From Macrostomum lignano (taxonomy: Eukaryota): 64,000 bases of DNA. This document shows, one piece after another, positions 24,529 through 38,340 of the stretch (position 1 is its first letter; every line of letters starts with the position of its first letter). Made by a program: the position numbers and the translations under genes. The notes under the pieces were generated by a model that saw only the letters and a list, made by a program, of their open reading frames with translations, was not told the DNA's origin and ran no database searches. The stretch is from contig NIVC01002668.1 of the NCBI GenBank assembly GCA_002269645.1, positions 62,001 to 126,000 of the forward strand, read 5' to 3'.

Positions 24529-25085
24529 GTTTTGTATTGGGTTCAATTGCTGATCGTAGGGTTCTCTGACTTCAAATCTTATTGAACGAGAATAAACTCA
24601 AAGGACCAGTATGGTGGAGGGTTGTGCACATCTAGGATTCAATGGCAATTTCTGCAGTGTCAGCAGCATTCCTGGCTTTTTACTCGTATATCGAGCTGCT
24701 CGTCGATTCCTTGCCGTTTAAATAATTTTCCAGACTTTTCAGTCGCAAACAAGGTTTTTTGGTTTGCCTGAATCAAAAAGGATATCTGATAGCTTTCTGC
24801 TGTTTGTCCTCACGCTGCAACTGTACCAAGTTTTTCCTTAACTGTCATGTTTTAAGTTGTCCTTTTGCACTAAAGCAAGTTTGCACTCAAACAATACTTC
24901 TTGCACTGGAAATTTGCGGCAGAATAATGCTAAAAAACATGAAAAAGCGAACGATCTTTTGTTCTTTAAAAGAGTTTTCCATCTAGACCCTGAAGCATGG
25001 AAACTCATTTGGGTTGCGGCCGCTCCCCCTGAAGCAAGGAAGCCCGTTTAAGTAGTATTTTAGGCTTTAGGCAAATTCAATCTTA

Positions 25086-25385
25086 GAGGATTATAGCCTG
25101 GCGGTTAGAGCATCTGACTCACGACCGGAATGTCAGGGGTTCGAATCTAGACCCATTTAAAACATTTTAATGTCCTTGAGCAAGACACTTAACTCTGCAT
25201 TGCTTCAGTTCACCCAGCTGTAAAATGGGTGCCATGGCATTGCTGGGGTAATTGAGGGTGTGTGTGGCGACCCCCCAGTCCTTGGACTGAACAGCCGTAC
25301 GCAGCCTTCAGATGCGCCGCGCAATAGCTGCGGCTGAGCTGTCAGTTCCGCATTTGCCCATCGAAGCGGGTGTAATAAGTTAGTT
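25086..25385 (+). mobile_element. CORE-SINE
   Basis: tRNA-like head (TAGCCTGGCGGTTAGAGC; GGTTCGAATC) followed by the CORE domain TGTCCTTGAGCAAGACACTTAAC...CACCCAGCTGTAAAATGGGT (25171-25230). The ends are approximate and no clear TSD was found. Confidence 0.8.
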
Positions 25386-25578
25386 TTTTATTTTATTTTC
25401 TATTTTCAAAGCAGCTCTTAAGGCTATTGTCCCGTCAAATTACTGTTTAGAACATTGAGATAAAAAAATTGCGATGTTGTTATATCTTCCTTTGCTGTCT
25501 GCTGGATGTGACAATTTTCCTGTAGCAAGTTAGCTCATTTATAAGCGAATTTCTTACCTGCAAATCTCGTAACGCCAG

Positions 25579-26039
25579 GCCTGGAGTGGCTGCACGCCCG
25601 GACCAGCGCTCAGCCCAGCAACAACCGGTTCCGCGTCGACCTGCTGTACTGGAACGACACCTACATCTACGCCTACTACCTGAACGTGCTCATTCTGGCC
25701 GAGAGCACCAACTACACGGTGTCTGAATTCACGTTTGAGCCGGGTGGAGGTCTTCACCAGAACTTGTTCGGTGGCAATAACATCCAGTTTCAGACTCGAG
25801 ATCGTGGCTTGAGTACCTGCAATAATGGACAGAAATGTGCCCAAAGGTACCAGCCTCAGTGGCACGCATGCTGCCATGCCTCAGGTCCGTTCGGCAAGTA
25901 CTTCAACTACCCGACAGCGCTGAATGTGCCAGCTGCAGACCGAGCCAAGGGCATCGTTTGGGCTTCAAATGCTCCAACAAACATCACTGACGGGTTCTTC
26001 TACAGCTTCAAGCAGCTGGAGATTCTCATGCTCACCTGA
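25579..26039 (+). CDS. Duplicated terminal FReD exon (5b) of FReD-4; probable alternative last exon
   Basis: Same 461-nt length as exon 24068..24528, with its own CAG acceptor in the same phase and open to TGA. No separate copy of the upstream exons lies between the two. Confidence 0.75.
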
Positions 26040-26584
26040 AATATTTCATATTTTTCATGTCGTTTTACTCGCCTTCAGTTGCTTTAACCGTTAAATCAAC
26101 AACTGTGAGTCAGTTTCTCAAAAACATCTAGTTCTGTCTGACTCTGATGCAATTTTCGGACTCCAGTTTGCCCCCGAGTCCCTGTCCTCAATGAAGTCCA
26201 ATACCTAACCTAATGCTTGTACTCGTACCGCACTTGCCTCTTCTGTGTGTCAGTAAGGTCAGCCTGACAGCATCAAAAAATTAATTGACTATTTGTTAGA
26301 CTGTTGAAATTTTTAGGTGGCTTACTCGAAGTTTCCTCTGAAATATTAATTTATTGTACACGTTTCATGATGATGATTTCCTATGTAGCCATTTCCGCGC
26401 CAGTTAGCTACAGACATTTTCTTGCCAACTTGTTCTTCTTAAATAAAACTAAAGTAATTATTGAGGTCTGCTTTATCTCTCTGGAAAAAGCAGCATTTTC
26501 ATGGACTCTGATGTGTTTTGAACACACAAACTCTAATCGTGCTTGCATTAATCATATTGAAGACGATCCCAACTGATTGATTGA

Positions 26585-26874
26585 GCTGGGGCTGGCGCCT
26601 CTGGTGCTGGCGCCTCTGGTGCTGGCGCCTCTGGTGCTGGCGCCTCTGGTGCTGGCGCCTCTGGTGCTGGCGCCTCTGGTGCTGGCGCCTCTGGTGCTGG
26701 CGCCTCTGGTGCTGGCGCCTCTGGTGCTGGCGCCTCTGGTGCTGGCGCCTCTGGTGCTGGCGCCTCTGGTGCTGGCGCCTCTGGTGCTGGCGCCTCTGGT
26801 GCTGGCGCCTCTGGTGCTGGCGCCTCTGGTGCTGGCGCCTCTGGTGCTGGCGCCTCTGGTGCTGGCGCCTCTGG
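26585..26874. repeat. Perfect 15-bp minisatellite (GCTGGCGCCTCTGGT), about 19 units
   Basis: Identical units read directly. Confidence 0.95.
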
Positions 26875-27349
26875 TCCATATTCTTTTCCCACTGCTAGAA
26901 TCAGTGCTAGTAGAGTCCCTAGATCAGTGCTAGTAGAGTCCCTAGATCAAGGCTAGAGGGACCTTACAAGTCCAAAAGAGTCTGCAGAGAGGATAGGATA
27001 AGACGCGAGAAGAGTGACAGTTACTGAGAAGCATCTGAGCATTTGCAACTAAGCCTACGAATTCTCATTAGGCGCGAGAGCCTATTGAGTCAGTATTAGA
27101 AATACCCGCTACTCGGAATCCAAAGACAGGCTTAAATCTGACCAGTTGATACAGGCAGGCGCGAATAATGAGCGGCATTGATCTGTGAAATCTATTATTT
27201 TTGTCTATTTGCTTACATGAGCTTCTTTATTAATTGCGTCGAGCGGTACATTTGGCTTATGCGCGCATTGCATGCAGTAGCATTTAGCCTAGGTACTGCC
27301 GAAGCTGTGCGGCCGTATCATCGGTTGCATGGGATATCATGGTCTCTTC

Positions 27350-27478
27350 ACCCCCAGGACTCTTCATTGTGTCCCCAGGACTCTTCATTGTGTCCCCAGG
27401 GCTCTTCATTGTGTCCCCAGGGCTCTTCATTGTGTCCCCAGGGCTCTTCATTGTGTCCCCAGGGCTCTTCATTGTGTC
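27350..27478. repeat. 21-bp minisatellite (CTCTTCATTGTGTCCCCAGGG), about 6 units, decaying downstream
   Basis: Tandem units visible. Confidence 0.85.
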
Positions 27479-28945
27479 AGAGCTCTTTGTTTTCCCTCGG
27501 CCTTCCTCTTGGTTTCCCAGAGCTTTTCATTGTGCCCCAAGACTCCTCAATTGGGCCTCAGAGCTGCTCAACGGTGTCTCAGAGCACATCAATGGTGTCT
27601 CAGAGCTCCTCATGGTGTTTCAAAGCTCCTCATGGTGTGTCAAAGCTCTTCCTGGTGTCTCTGAGCTCCTCAGTGGAGTCTCAGGGCTCCCAAATGGCGC
27701 TTTAGAGCTTCACATGGCGTTTCAAAAATGTGGTAAAGTGGTTCCTACTTCGAGGAGCGGAATATCGTTTTAGAAAGAACCAAGCATGGCTCAAAAATAC
27801 AGCTTGAATTAAACGGTGGTTCAAAATTAAGACACAAGAATCGAGTTAATGTTTTAGCACGGACAACTAAAGCCACGTATCTACTTTAGTAGTCCTTGAT
27901 GTTTCAAGGTTAAACAAATGTTTAGTTTAGAATAAGTCAAGACGTACGACTCGCAATGGTTAGAATAACACAGCCATTTTGTGTTTTTAACACTTATCTC
28001 ATTGAATGCTTTCCATGTACCAATCCCAAAGCAAGGGAAGGTACAGTTTTGTTGAGGTTAAATCCAGATTTTAGAATATATTATTTTTGTTAGGTAAATT
28101 TGAACTTCAAAGATACGTTTTTAACAACAGGGGCAGCTAGTGAAAACTGAAGTTTTAGAAAGAGCAATAGAACAGCATAGGTATATAAGGGCTAAAATTG
28201 AGTTCTATTGGACGGTAATTCAGAGCCGGCAGTCAAAGTTAAATAAAACGACAACATCAAGGCCTAGCATAGTAACATGACCTGTAGCCCGTACAATAGC
28301 GTAGCACATAATGTGTTACCTGTACTCTACACAGCGAGGGTGCTCACAGCCGACATAAAAACAGCTTTAGCTGAGGTGCCACAAAAACTATGAAGAACAA
28401 AGAAAGCAGAAGAAAATCGAGAGAAACATGGCTGATAAACCATTATAAATAAGTTGATTTTAAACATACAACACGATTTTGGTAGGAAAGCAGGACCAGT
28501 TGTGGAATGATTGGCAGGCAGTCAGAGAAATAAGGAGAATATAGTACGTTATAATAGCCATCATGGAATGCTGCATTATGACCTTTTTAGTAGTTTCTAC
28601 AGATATTCACGTTAACAGTTGCTGTCGCTCCACTGATAGAATAAAAAAGGTTCGTGACCAACTTGCCGATTTGTATACTTATTCGAATATCGCTTGGATA
28701 GAAACAGATATGAAATTGGTAAGAATTTGCTATATTTGACCGATGATTTTATATGCGTCTAAAAAACAAGAAAGTGGGGCTTAAAAAACGGCATTTAACA
28801 GAAAATCAAAAGTCAAACTCTCGAGTCAGCGGTCATTGACAAAGTATTTAAAAAGCTTTTCAGCCGCATGCCCTGTTTTGTTAAAGTGACTGACTGCGGC
28901 TGGTGAGTACAGCATCATCATCCGTTCTAAATGGACAACCCGACG

Positions 28946-30266
<1,321 letters not shown>

Positions 30267-31544
30267 CAGAAAAAAGCAATTTACATAGTTCACTATTGTT
30301 ACTAATGTATTTTAACAACTAGATAATTAATATAATATGCCAATTATTCCATCAGATATATATTTAGTGTTTGGTATTTTACACCACGACATTTTTCTAG
30401 CATAGGCAATTAAAGCAGTAAATAAAATACATATTGTCATGATTAAGTCGCTATAATAAAATTACAAAGCCATGAACTCATCGGTGGCCATTATTATCTA
30501 AGTACAAGGGAGATAACAAAATATTGAAACCATGTGCCTGTGCATGTGCATCTATTCTAAGACTTTTGAACTGGTAGATGTGAGGTATTTTCAAATCCTA
30601 AAACATTTTTATTTGCATACATCATAATTAATTTTTCCTTTTCGCTTCACCAATATACCACAAACTTTTTGCCATACAAGAAAAGGAAAATGCTGTTTTT
30701 TTAATAAAACTTCCATGAAGGCATGAAGCGGATTCGCTACTAAAATTTGTGTACACAACAATACAACAATAAAAAAGTTTTCTAAGTTTCTATATAGTCA
30801 AACGTAATTTTGATATTGTTGTTTAAAGTACAAGAGCGCATAATCTCTTTGACTAATCAGAAGCTAGCAGCCAACAATATGTGCATGTACAGCTGCTACA
30901 CAAAATGATGACTGGTGAGCGCCTACTAAGCGGTAACGGCAAAATAAGCCAGATCCACGAAAAATGCGATAGCATAACTAAGTTAAAATGTAAAATAAAG
31001 CTGACCAACATGCAAATAGGCATATTTAAATAAAGTAAGAAAATATATAGAAAAAAATAAATCACTAGTAGAAATAATTAAGCAATTTCTTTTTTTGTAA
31101 CAAAAAGTATAGGAACATTTGTTTAAAATGAGTTACTTTTTAGCCAAGATTTAACTCACACTAATTTAACGTACTGTTTTTTAAGTAATTCGAATTGCAG
31201 AGCTGAGATCTCTGAACAAAGCAGCAATAATGTGCCTGCCACGCTGCCAAGTACCAATTGCCAACAAAAAGAATACTTACTTGTAAACTTAGCAGCAGGG
31301 ACTGCTGTAAAATGGGACTAATGGAGAAAACATTGCGGTGTATTGGTGGTAATATAATAATATTATAATAATAATATTCCTGCTTGTTTGTTTTTTGGTT
31401 TTATATTATAGAAATTTAGGTCTCTGACTCTCTGGCTGACACAGGCACAGTTAACAGTTTTTTTCCATTTACTTACCTTTTGGCCTTTTCCATAATTTTG
31501 CTCATTTTAATCATTTTAGGCAAATCTTAATACTTTCTTAGCAA

Positions 31545-31959
31545 CCATAGCTGGGAAGGTGGCAGTTTTTGGTGAATTTTCTGGCGCAAATTGGCCCTTT
31601 TTTGGCACACACGGCGCACACAGCATACAAGGAAAAATTGGAAATGCTCTGGCGGCGCACATGGCGCATGGCGCTGAAAAAATATATAGTTATACTTTGT
31701 TATACTTTGCAAAATATATAGTGTCAGGCCTAATTCCATAATTCGTAAAATAAAATTACGTAAATCATGATATAAAATACGTAAATAAAATTCAAATTTG
31801 TCTACCGTAAATTCCTTACCTTACCTTACCTTACCTTAGACTTACCTTATCATGGTGCGCTGCAGCGCACAAAATCTTTTCTTCATGGCGCACGGCGCAC
31901 AGTGCTCAAAAGCCATCAAAATAGTTCTGGCGCACACTGTGCCACCTTCCCGACTATGG
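31545..31959. mobile_element. MITE with CCATAG termini and an 8-bp TSD
   Basis: TIRs CCATAG(CT/TC)GGGAAGGTGGCA, a perfect TSD CTTAGCAA (31537-31544 and 31960-31967), and repeated internal GGCGCAC motifs. Confidence 0.82.
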
Positions 31960-32482
31960 CTTAGCAAGTTGATTTTGTTTTACTATTTAGTAGGGCCTAC
32001 CTCTAAATTACTCTAGTCTAGGCAGTCTTACATGCAAAAAATAGATTCTTAACAACATGTCTTGATGGCTTAGTAAAAGGTGTGTAGATATACATAGATA
32101 GGCCTAACTTAATTTTTTTAGTATTTTATTATTTATCCAATAATATAATTGCATAGATGGAATTTCACAGATGTGACAAAAAGCCATAGAAATGTTTTTG
32201 CAATTTTTTATTAGCTATTAATAACCAATGACAATGTCTTTTTTTCTATTAGTAGGTTTATATAATTACAATATACTATATAGGACTAGGTCCTATAGTC
32301 TAGATCAAAGCAAGCATAGGCCTATACCAGAATGAAAATTAATGTTTTTTTCATTCATGCAGTAAAAAATGCAGTGCAATACAAAAAGGTAGAGAGAATA
32401 TAGATATGACATAAAAGCAGAGATATAAGAAAAAAGAGAGTATAGACTATAAGATGGAAGAGATTAGATAAAGATAAGAGAT

Positions 32483-32848
32483 TTTTTTATTAGAGGCAGG
32501 GGGGTTGTGTGCACCCTGGCGCACTTTAAGCAACATAGGCACACAACCGGCGAAAGGCATTACTGCCCATTCCGCCGACTCCCTTGAGCAGGCATACAAG
32601 CGCGTGGATACATATGCAGGCACACACTCACACAGGAGTGTACAGCGGCCCTAACTTTATATTATCGTTAGGCATGTACACTTCACTGTGCCTTGGGGGG
32701 GGGGGTTGGCTCTCAAGGCCATTAATTGCACAAGCAGAGCCAAGCCAAGATTCCAATTCAGCCCCAAATTGATGTGACTGCACTTGGAATTGAGCCTAGG
32801 TCGCTGGCACACCAGAGCAGCTGCGCTACCACTGGGCTACGGCCCTCC
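32483..32848 (-). mobile_element. tRNA-derived SINE, family A, copy 2
   Basis: Highly similar to 6594..6960. 14-bp TSD TAAAGATAAGAGAT (32469-32482 and 32849-32862). Confidence 0.9.
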
Positions 32849-32859
32849 TAAAGATAAGA

Positions 32860-33390
32860 GATGAAAAAGAAACAAGAATAAATAAAAGAGACAATGCAAG
32901 AAGAGAGAAAAAGAAAAGAGAGAGTAAAAAGGAGAGAAGAGAGATAAAAGAGCAGAAGAAAAATACAAGTACAAGAGAAGAGAGAAAAGAAAAGAGAAAA
33001 AAGGAAAGAGAAAAGAGAAGAAATGGGATAAGGGAGAGGAGAGAGGATAAGAGAGAAGACAGGAGGGAGTAGAGCCAAAAGACAAAAGAAAAAAATAAGA
33101 GAGTAGAGATGAAGAAAACGAGAAAATATGAAAAAGTAGGGAGAAGAAATAAAATATTAGAGAGGAGAAAGAAAAGAGTAGATATATAAGAGCAAAGCAA
33201 GGAAAGATGGAAGATAATAGAATAGAGATAAGGGAAAAGAGCAGAGATGAAAGAGTAGAGAGAAGAGATAAAAGATTAGAGAGTAGATATAAGAGCAAAG
33301 AAAGGAGAGATAAGAGATGATAAATAAAAGTTAAGAGCAGAAAAAAAGATAAGAGATAAGAGACCAAAAAAGAGAGAGGAGGCATGAGAG
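32860..33390. repeat. AG-rich low-complexity tract
   Basis: The + strand is almost all purines. Confidence 0.85.
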
Positions 33391-33855
33391 TCTCAGTCTA
33401 AACAATAATAGTAGAGAAATGGTATTTGATAGAACCTCAAATGGAAAAGATTTGAAAGATGGAACTTGGGTCATAGGATGGATTTCAGGGAGTGAAGTTC
33501 TGGCGATAGGAGTTCTATCCCCTTTCTCTTCCAATGGAGGAGTTGGCCTCATTAATTATAATACTAAGGCTTATTGATCTAAATACGTTCATTAGGCCTA
33601 TTTTATTAATTATAATGATATTATATATTGAAGTTTCAGTTTGAGCCAGTGATAAAGTAAGAGTTTGGCAAATCTGCAGTGCAAATAAGAAAATAAATAG
33701 TTTTAAAAAGTAAAACAGGGAATAACAAAGAATGAAAGGGTTGAATAAATTGGTCATTTATTAGGTTTAAATGATATACAAGCTCAGTATATAAAACAAA
33801 TGCATTTCCAATAAAAAATATGCCCCACTGAAAGCAGGAGCAAAAATGGTTAGCA

Positions 33856-34553
33856 CAAGGACGACTTAAGTAGAAGGACGGGAAACCTCGTTTCTTAGAA
33901 AATTTTTGAAGGCACTTTTTCCCAAAAAAATACACTGCGGAGATAGGAAATTTTCATTTTTTCAGCACAAAAATTGCTATAACTTTTGATAGGAGGCAGA
34001 TCCAGTGTTGATCTTTTGATATGTTGTGCCTTTTTTATTGCTCTATCGATATTTATAAAGCTTTCCGTTTAGAAAATTAGGATTCTATGTTAATTTTTTA
34101 TTCTATGTATATTTTCATGTGTCTTGTGCTTGAAATACATTAGAATGCCACGGCTTGGCTCTTTGATTTTATGAGTCTATTTTATCCTTCTTACCTGACT
34201 GTATAGCAAATAGTCGTAACATAGATGATAAAATAGATTCATAAAACCAAATATTAGAGCTGTGTCATGCATTTTTGTGATTTTTAGATACAGGAAATAT
34301 ATGTAGAATAAAAAATTAACATTGAATCCTAATTTTCTGAACGAAAAGCTTTATAAATATTGATAGAGCAATAAAAAAGGCACAACATATCAAAAGATCA
34401 ACACTGGATCTGCCTCCTATCAAAAGTTATAGCAATTTTTGTGCTGAAAAAATGAAAATTTCCTATCTCCGCAGTGTATTTTTTCGGGAAAAAGTGCCTT
34501 CAAAAAATTTCTAAGAAACGAGGTTTCCTGTCCTTCTACTTAAGTCGTCCTTG
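33856..34553. mobile_element. CAAGG-ended non-autonomous DNA transposon (P-superfamily-like), copy 2
   Basis: About 230-bp inverted arms, CAAGG...CCTTG termini and a perfect 8-bp TSD GGTTAGCA (33848-33855 and 34554-34561). Confidence 0.88.
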
Positions 34554-36112
34554 GGTTAGCATTAAATCAGCAAGAGGGAGGGGGCCTAGCCTAATAAGAT
34601 CTATGCTTAGGATTAGAAGGTTAGACAAAGGCCTTTATTGTATGTGAAATTTTATAGTTTTTTGTTGGGCATGATTGTGATTGTGATTATGATAATTATT
34701 ACTAATGAAAATTTACATTTAGTGCCACACTTGAGATTTTAGTAGTAATTAGTAAATTTTAGTACTAAAATGTCAGGTGTTTTGCTAAATTGTTGCTAAA
34801 ATGAAAATCATAATCTTGGATTTAAATTCTATAAGTCATGATTGTAAAAAAGTGTTATGAGATCACAATTTAATGATCATGCTCTTGCATACATGCACAA
34901 CCTCCAACATTCAGTCGGCCATGCAACTTAGTTTTAACAAAAATGCGACATAGATTTTGGCCAAAAAAGCAACTTACATGTAAAAAAACCTAATGCAAAA
35001 TTAATGCAATTTTGGGTAAACGGCAGGAGTAACTATGACTTTCTTATTAAGTCAAAATGCCTCGTCAGATACTTAGTACTACTACTTATTTATTCTACTT
35101 AGGTATTTTTCAGGTGCGAATTTTTGCAACTTCCTTGATTAGCCGCCAAATTGGTCAGCCTGATCGGCCAACTCGGCCGACTGTTGTGCATGTATGCTTG
35201 TGATCATGCCTGACCCTTTCTCAGGATGCAAGGACTCTGGTTACTAGGCTATAGAGGGTCCTAGCAATGGAAAAGACAGATCCTAAGCAATGGGCCCAAG
35301 ATGACAAGACATTTTATCATGCAATATTTGTCTAAAGGACTATCTTAGAGAAGGACCATGTGGAAATTTGTCTGTTATATATGCAAACAAAGTTAAATAA
35401 TAAATGAAATTCAAAAAATAAAATAGTAGTAGCTCCCCACCACAGTTTCTTTATGAAGTCTTCTAATGAAAGATAACAGTTTGTTATAATTCTAATAAAA
35501 GTTGTAAAATAAGTATATTTATATTATGTTATCTCCTTGATTCTATCCAGTCAATTTTTTAGCCAAGGTCTAAAGTGTGCTTTACTAGAAGCTTCCATTT
35601 GCTGTGCTAGACTCTAATCTCTTCCTATTATATATATTCTTACCTTTTATATTTGCCTCCATATCCATGTTTTGTATTCCATTCATGCTTAATAGTAGGA
35701 ATATCAAGCTTTTTTATAAAAATTATTTAAAACTACTTTAACTGGCTAGGTTAGCTAGGCTAGGTTGGCTAGGTTAGCTTATATTCATATACTAGTATTA
35801 TTTTTTTCAATCTACAATTTTTCAATTTCATAATTTCATGTGCTATTAAATTTTAAAAAATTGCCTTCAAATAAATTCATATAAGCTACTTAAATTTAAT
35901 AAATGCAGAGTAATATATTTTAAACAGTAAATAAAATGCAATAGTCAGATTCAAAATAAGTTACTGATACAATTGATATATATTACACAATAAGCATTGT
36001 AGATATCAATTATAGCAAATTAAAAAAGAAACTTCTGCTTATTAGTTGTATGCTTTATTCAACGCATGCCAAAAGCTATGCTCATCACAGTGTTGCACAG
36101 ATACAAAAAGCC

Positions 36113-38340
36113 ATGAGCCATACCCAGTTGGACTTTTCCCACACTCAGCAGCAGTCCCTTGGCACCAGTCCAGGGATGGTGGCAGCTCTCTGCTGTCCGC
36201 TGTCTGCTTCAGAGAAGCGACAGAAGTTTCTTCATCGACTTGTCCATTTCCGGCACATGGACTTTGAGTATGCCCTGTGGCAGATGCTCTACCTATTTGT
36301 GTCGCCCCAGAAAGTCTATCGGAACTTTCAGTATAGAAAGCGTAAGTGAAGTTTTGCCTAGCATTGTGGTTCTATTTTGTATGTTAGTATAGCACTGGAT
36401 AGCTAGTGAATAATACTAAGACAAGTGATAGATAATTTAGAACAGTTAAGTAGGGCTATATCACAGGTATGGAAGGTAATTGAATAGTTTGGGTAGGGTT
36501 ATATTGATAGAGCAGGTGGACATGGTTATAGGAGAGGTGGACATGGTTATAGGACAGGTGAACATGGTTATAGGACAGATGGTCAGGGTTATAGGACAGG
36601 TGGTCAGGGTTATAAGACAGGTGGTCAGGGTTATAGGACAGATGGTCAGTGTTATAAGACAGGTGGTCAGGGTTATAGGACAGGTAGAAAGGGTTATAGG
36701 ACAGGTAGAAATGGGTTATATGACAGGTGGACAGGGTTATAGGACAGGTGTACAGGGTTATAGGACGGGTGGACAGCGTTATAGGACAGGTGGTCAGGGT
36801 TATAGGACAGGTGGTCAGGGTTATAGGACAGGTGGTCAGGGTTATAGGACAGGTTGTCAGGGTTATAAAACTGGACATGGTTATAGGACAGGTGAACAGG
36901 GTTATAGGACAGGTAGATAGGGTTGTAGGACAGGTGGACAGGGTTACAGGACAGATGGTCAGGGTTATAGGACAGGTGGTCAGGGTTATAAGACAGGTGG
37001 ACAGGGTTATAGGACAGGTTGTCAGGGTTATAAAACTGGACATGGTTATAGGACAGGTGAACAGGGTTATAGGACAGATGGTCAGGGTTATAGGACAGGT
37101 GGTCAGGGTTACAGGACAGATGGTCAGGGTTATAGGACAGGTGGTCAGGGTTATAAGACAGGTGGACAGGGTTATAGGACAGGTTGTCAGGGTTATAAAA
37201 CTGGACATGGTTATAGGACAGGTGGACATGGTTATAGGGCAGGTGGACAGGGTTATAGGACAGGTGAAGAGGGCTATAGCACGAATAAATATAAATATTT
37301 GTAATAAAAAAATTATAATACCAATTAAAACCTACTCTTTGCCACCTCAGAAACCCGAAACCAGTGGGCCCGCGATGACCCAGCCTTCCTAGTGCTGCTG
37401 TCGACCGTTCTGCTGGGCACTTCCCTGGTCTTCGGCCTGGTATTGCGCCTGTCATTCCTTGAGACTCTCAAACTGATGCTATGGATTGTCTGCATCGACT
37501 GTATCGGCGTTGGCGTTGTCATAGCAACCATTTTCTGGCTGCTGGCCAACCGGGTATACCGGCTGCCCGGCTCTGCGCCCGCCCTGCAGGTGGAGTGGGC
37601 CTACGCCTTTGACGTGCACCTCAATGCCTTCTTTCCGCTGCTGGTGATTCTGCACCTCATCCAGCTGCCCTTTCTCTACCGTGAGTACCCTGGCTGGCGA
37701 TTGGAATGACTGGCAGACAGACACAGACAGACAGGCAGGCAGTCAGACAGACAGACAGGCAGACAAAGATACAACCAGACAGATGGGCAGGTACAGCAAG
37801 ACACCAAGACTGGCTGAGGCAAATGGAAAAGCATATAGTAGACACACTAAAGCTGGTAACACAGACAGATGTATTGATTCTCAGACATGATCAGAGCCGG
37901 ACTATTGAGCAGACAATCTCATAACAGAACTGAAGACAGACATGGCTATTAACAGTAGTTAGTAGCGTCACAGTGCACTGGTGCCCAAGGCTGATCCTCA
38001 TGCAACGCTAACCCATTGCAGCCGTACTCTATCACGACTGGTTCGTCTCTTCACTATTGGGCAATCTGTTCTGGCTGGTGGCCATTGTCTATTACCTGTA
38101 CATCACTTTTCTAGGATATCGAGGTAAAGCCTGTTGATTTTCGATACATATGGGCGATTCAAATTTCACAAAAAATTAACTAAATATACATTTTCTCTCA
38201 CAGCGCTAAGTTTCCTGCGCGGAGTGAACGCCATCCTGTACCCCATCACCCTGCTGTGCATCGTGTTCCTGGTGTCCGTGCTGCTCCGCTGGAATTTCAC
38301 CAAGCTTCTGGCCGACTTCTACAAGTTTAGAATACGCTGA
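36113..38340 (+). CDS. UNC50: Protein unc-50 homolog
   Basis: Exons 36113..36341, 37351..37680, 38022..38123 and 38204..38340 (all phase 1). Motifs MDFEYALWQMLYLFVSPQKVYRNFQYRKQTRNQWARDDPAFLVL, VEWAYAFDVHLNAF and GWNF-like LRWNF. The start codon choice is uncertain. Confidence 0.93.
36505..37270. repeat. 21-bp minisatellite (GGTTATAGGACAGGTGGTCAG) in UNC50 intron 1
   Basis: About 36 variant units. Confidence 0.92.
37715..37790. repeat. (GACA)n-like microsatellite
   Basis: Seen directly in UNC50 intron 2. Confidence 0.7.

Noticed and set aside
26499-26933. PEAPA / RRQHQ / LAPLV repeat proteins
   Set aside because: A perfect 15-bp repeat open in several frames, with no splice links or flanking coding signal.
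32826-33552. Hydrophobic Leu/Phe/Ser ORFs as membrane proteins
   Set aside because: They are the reverse complement of an AG-rich low-complexity tract.
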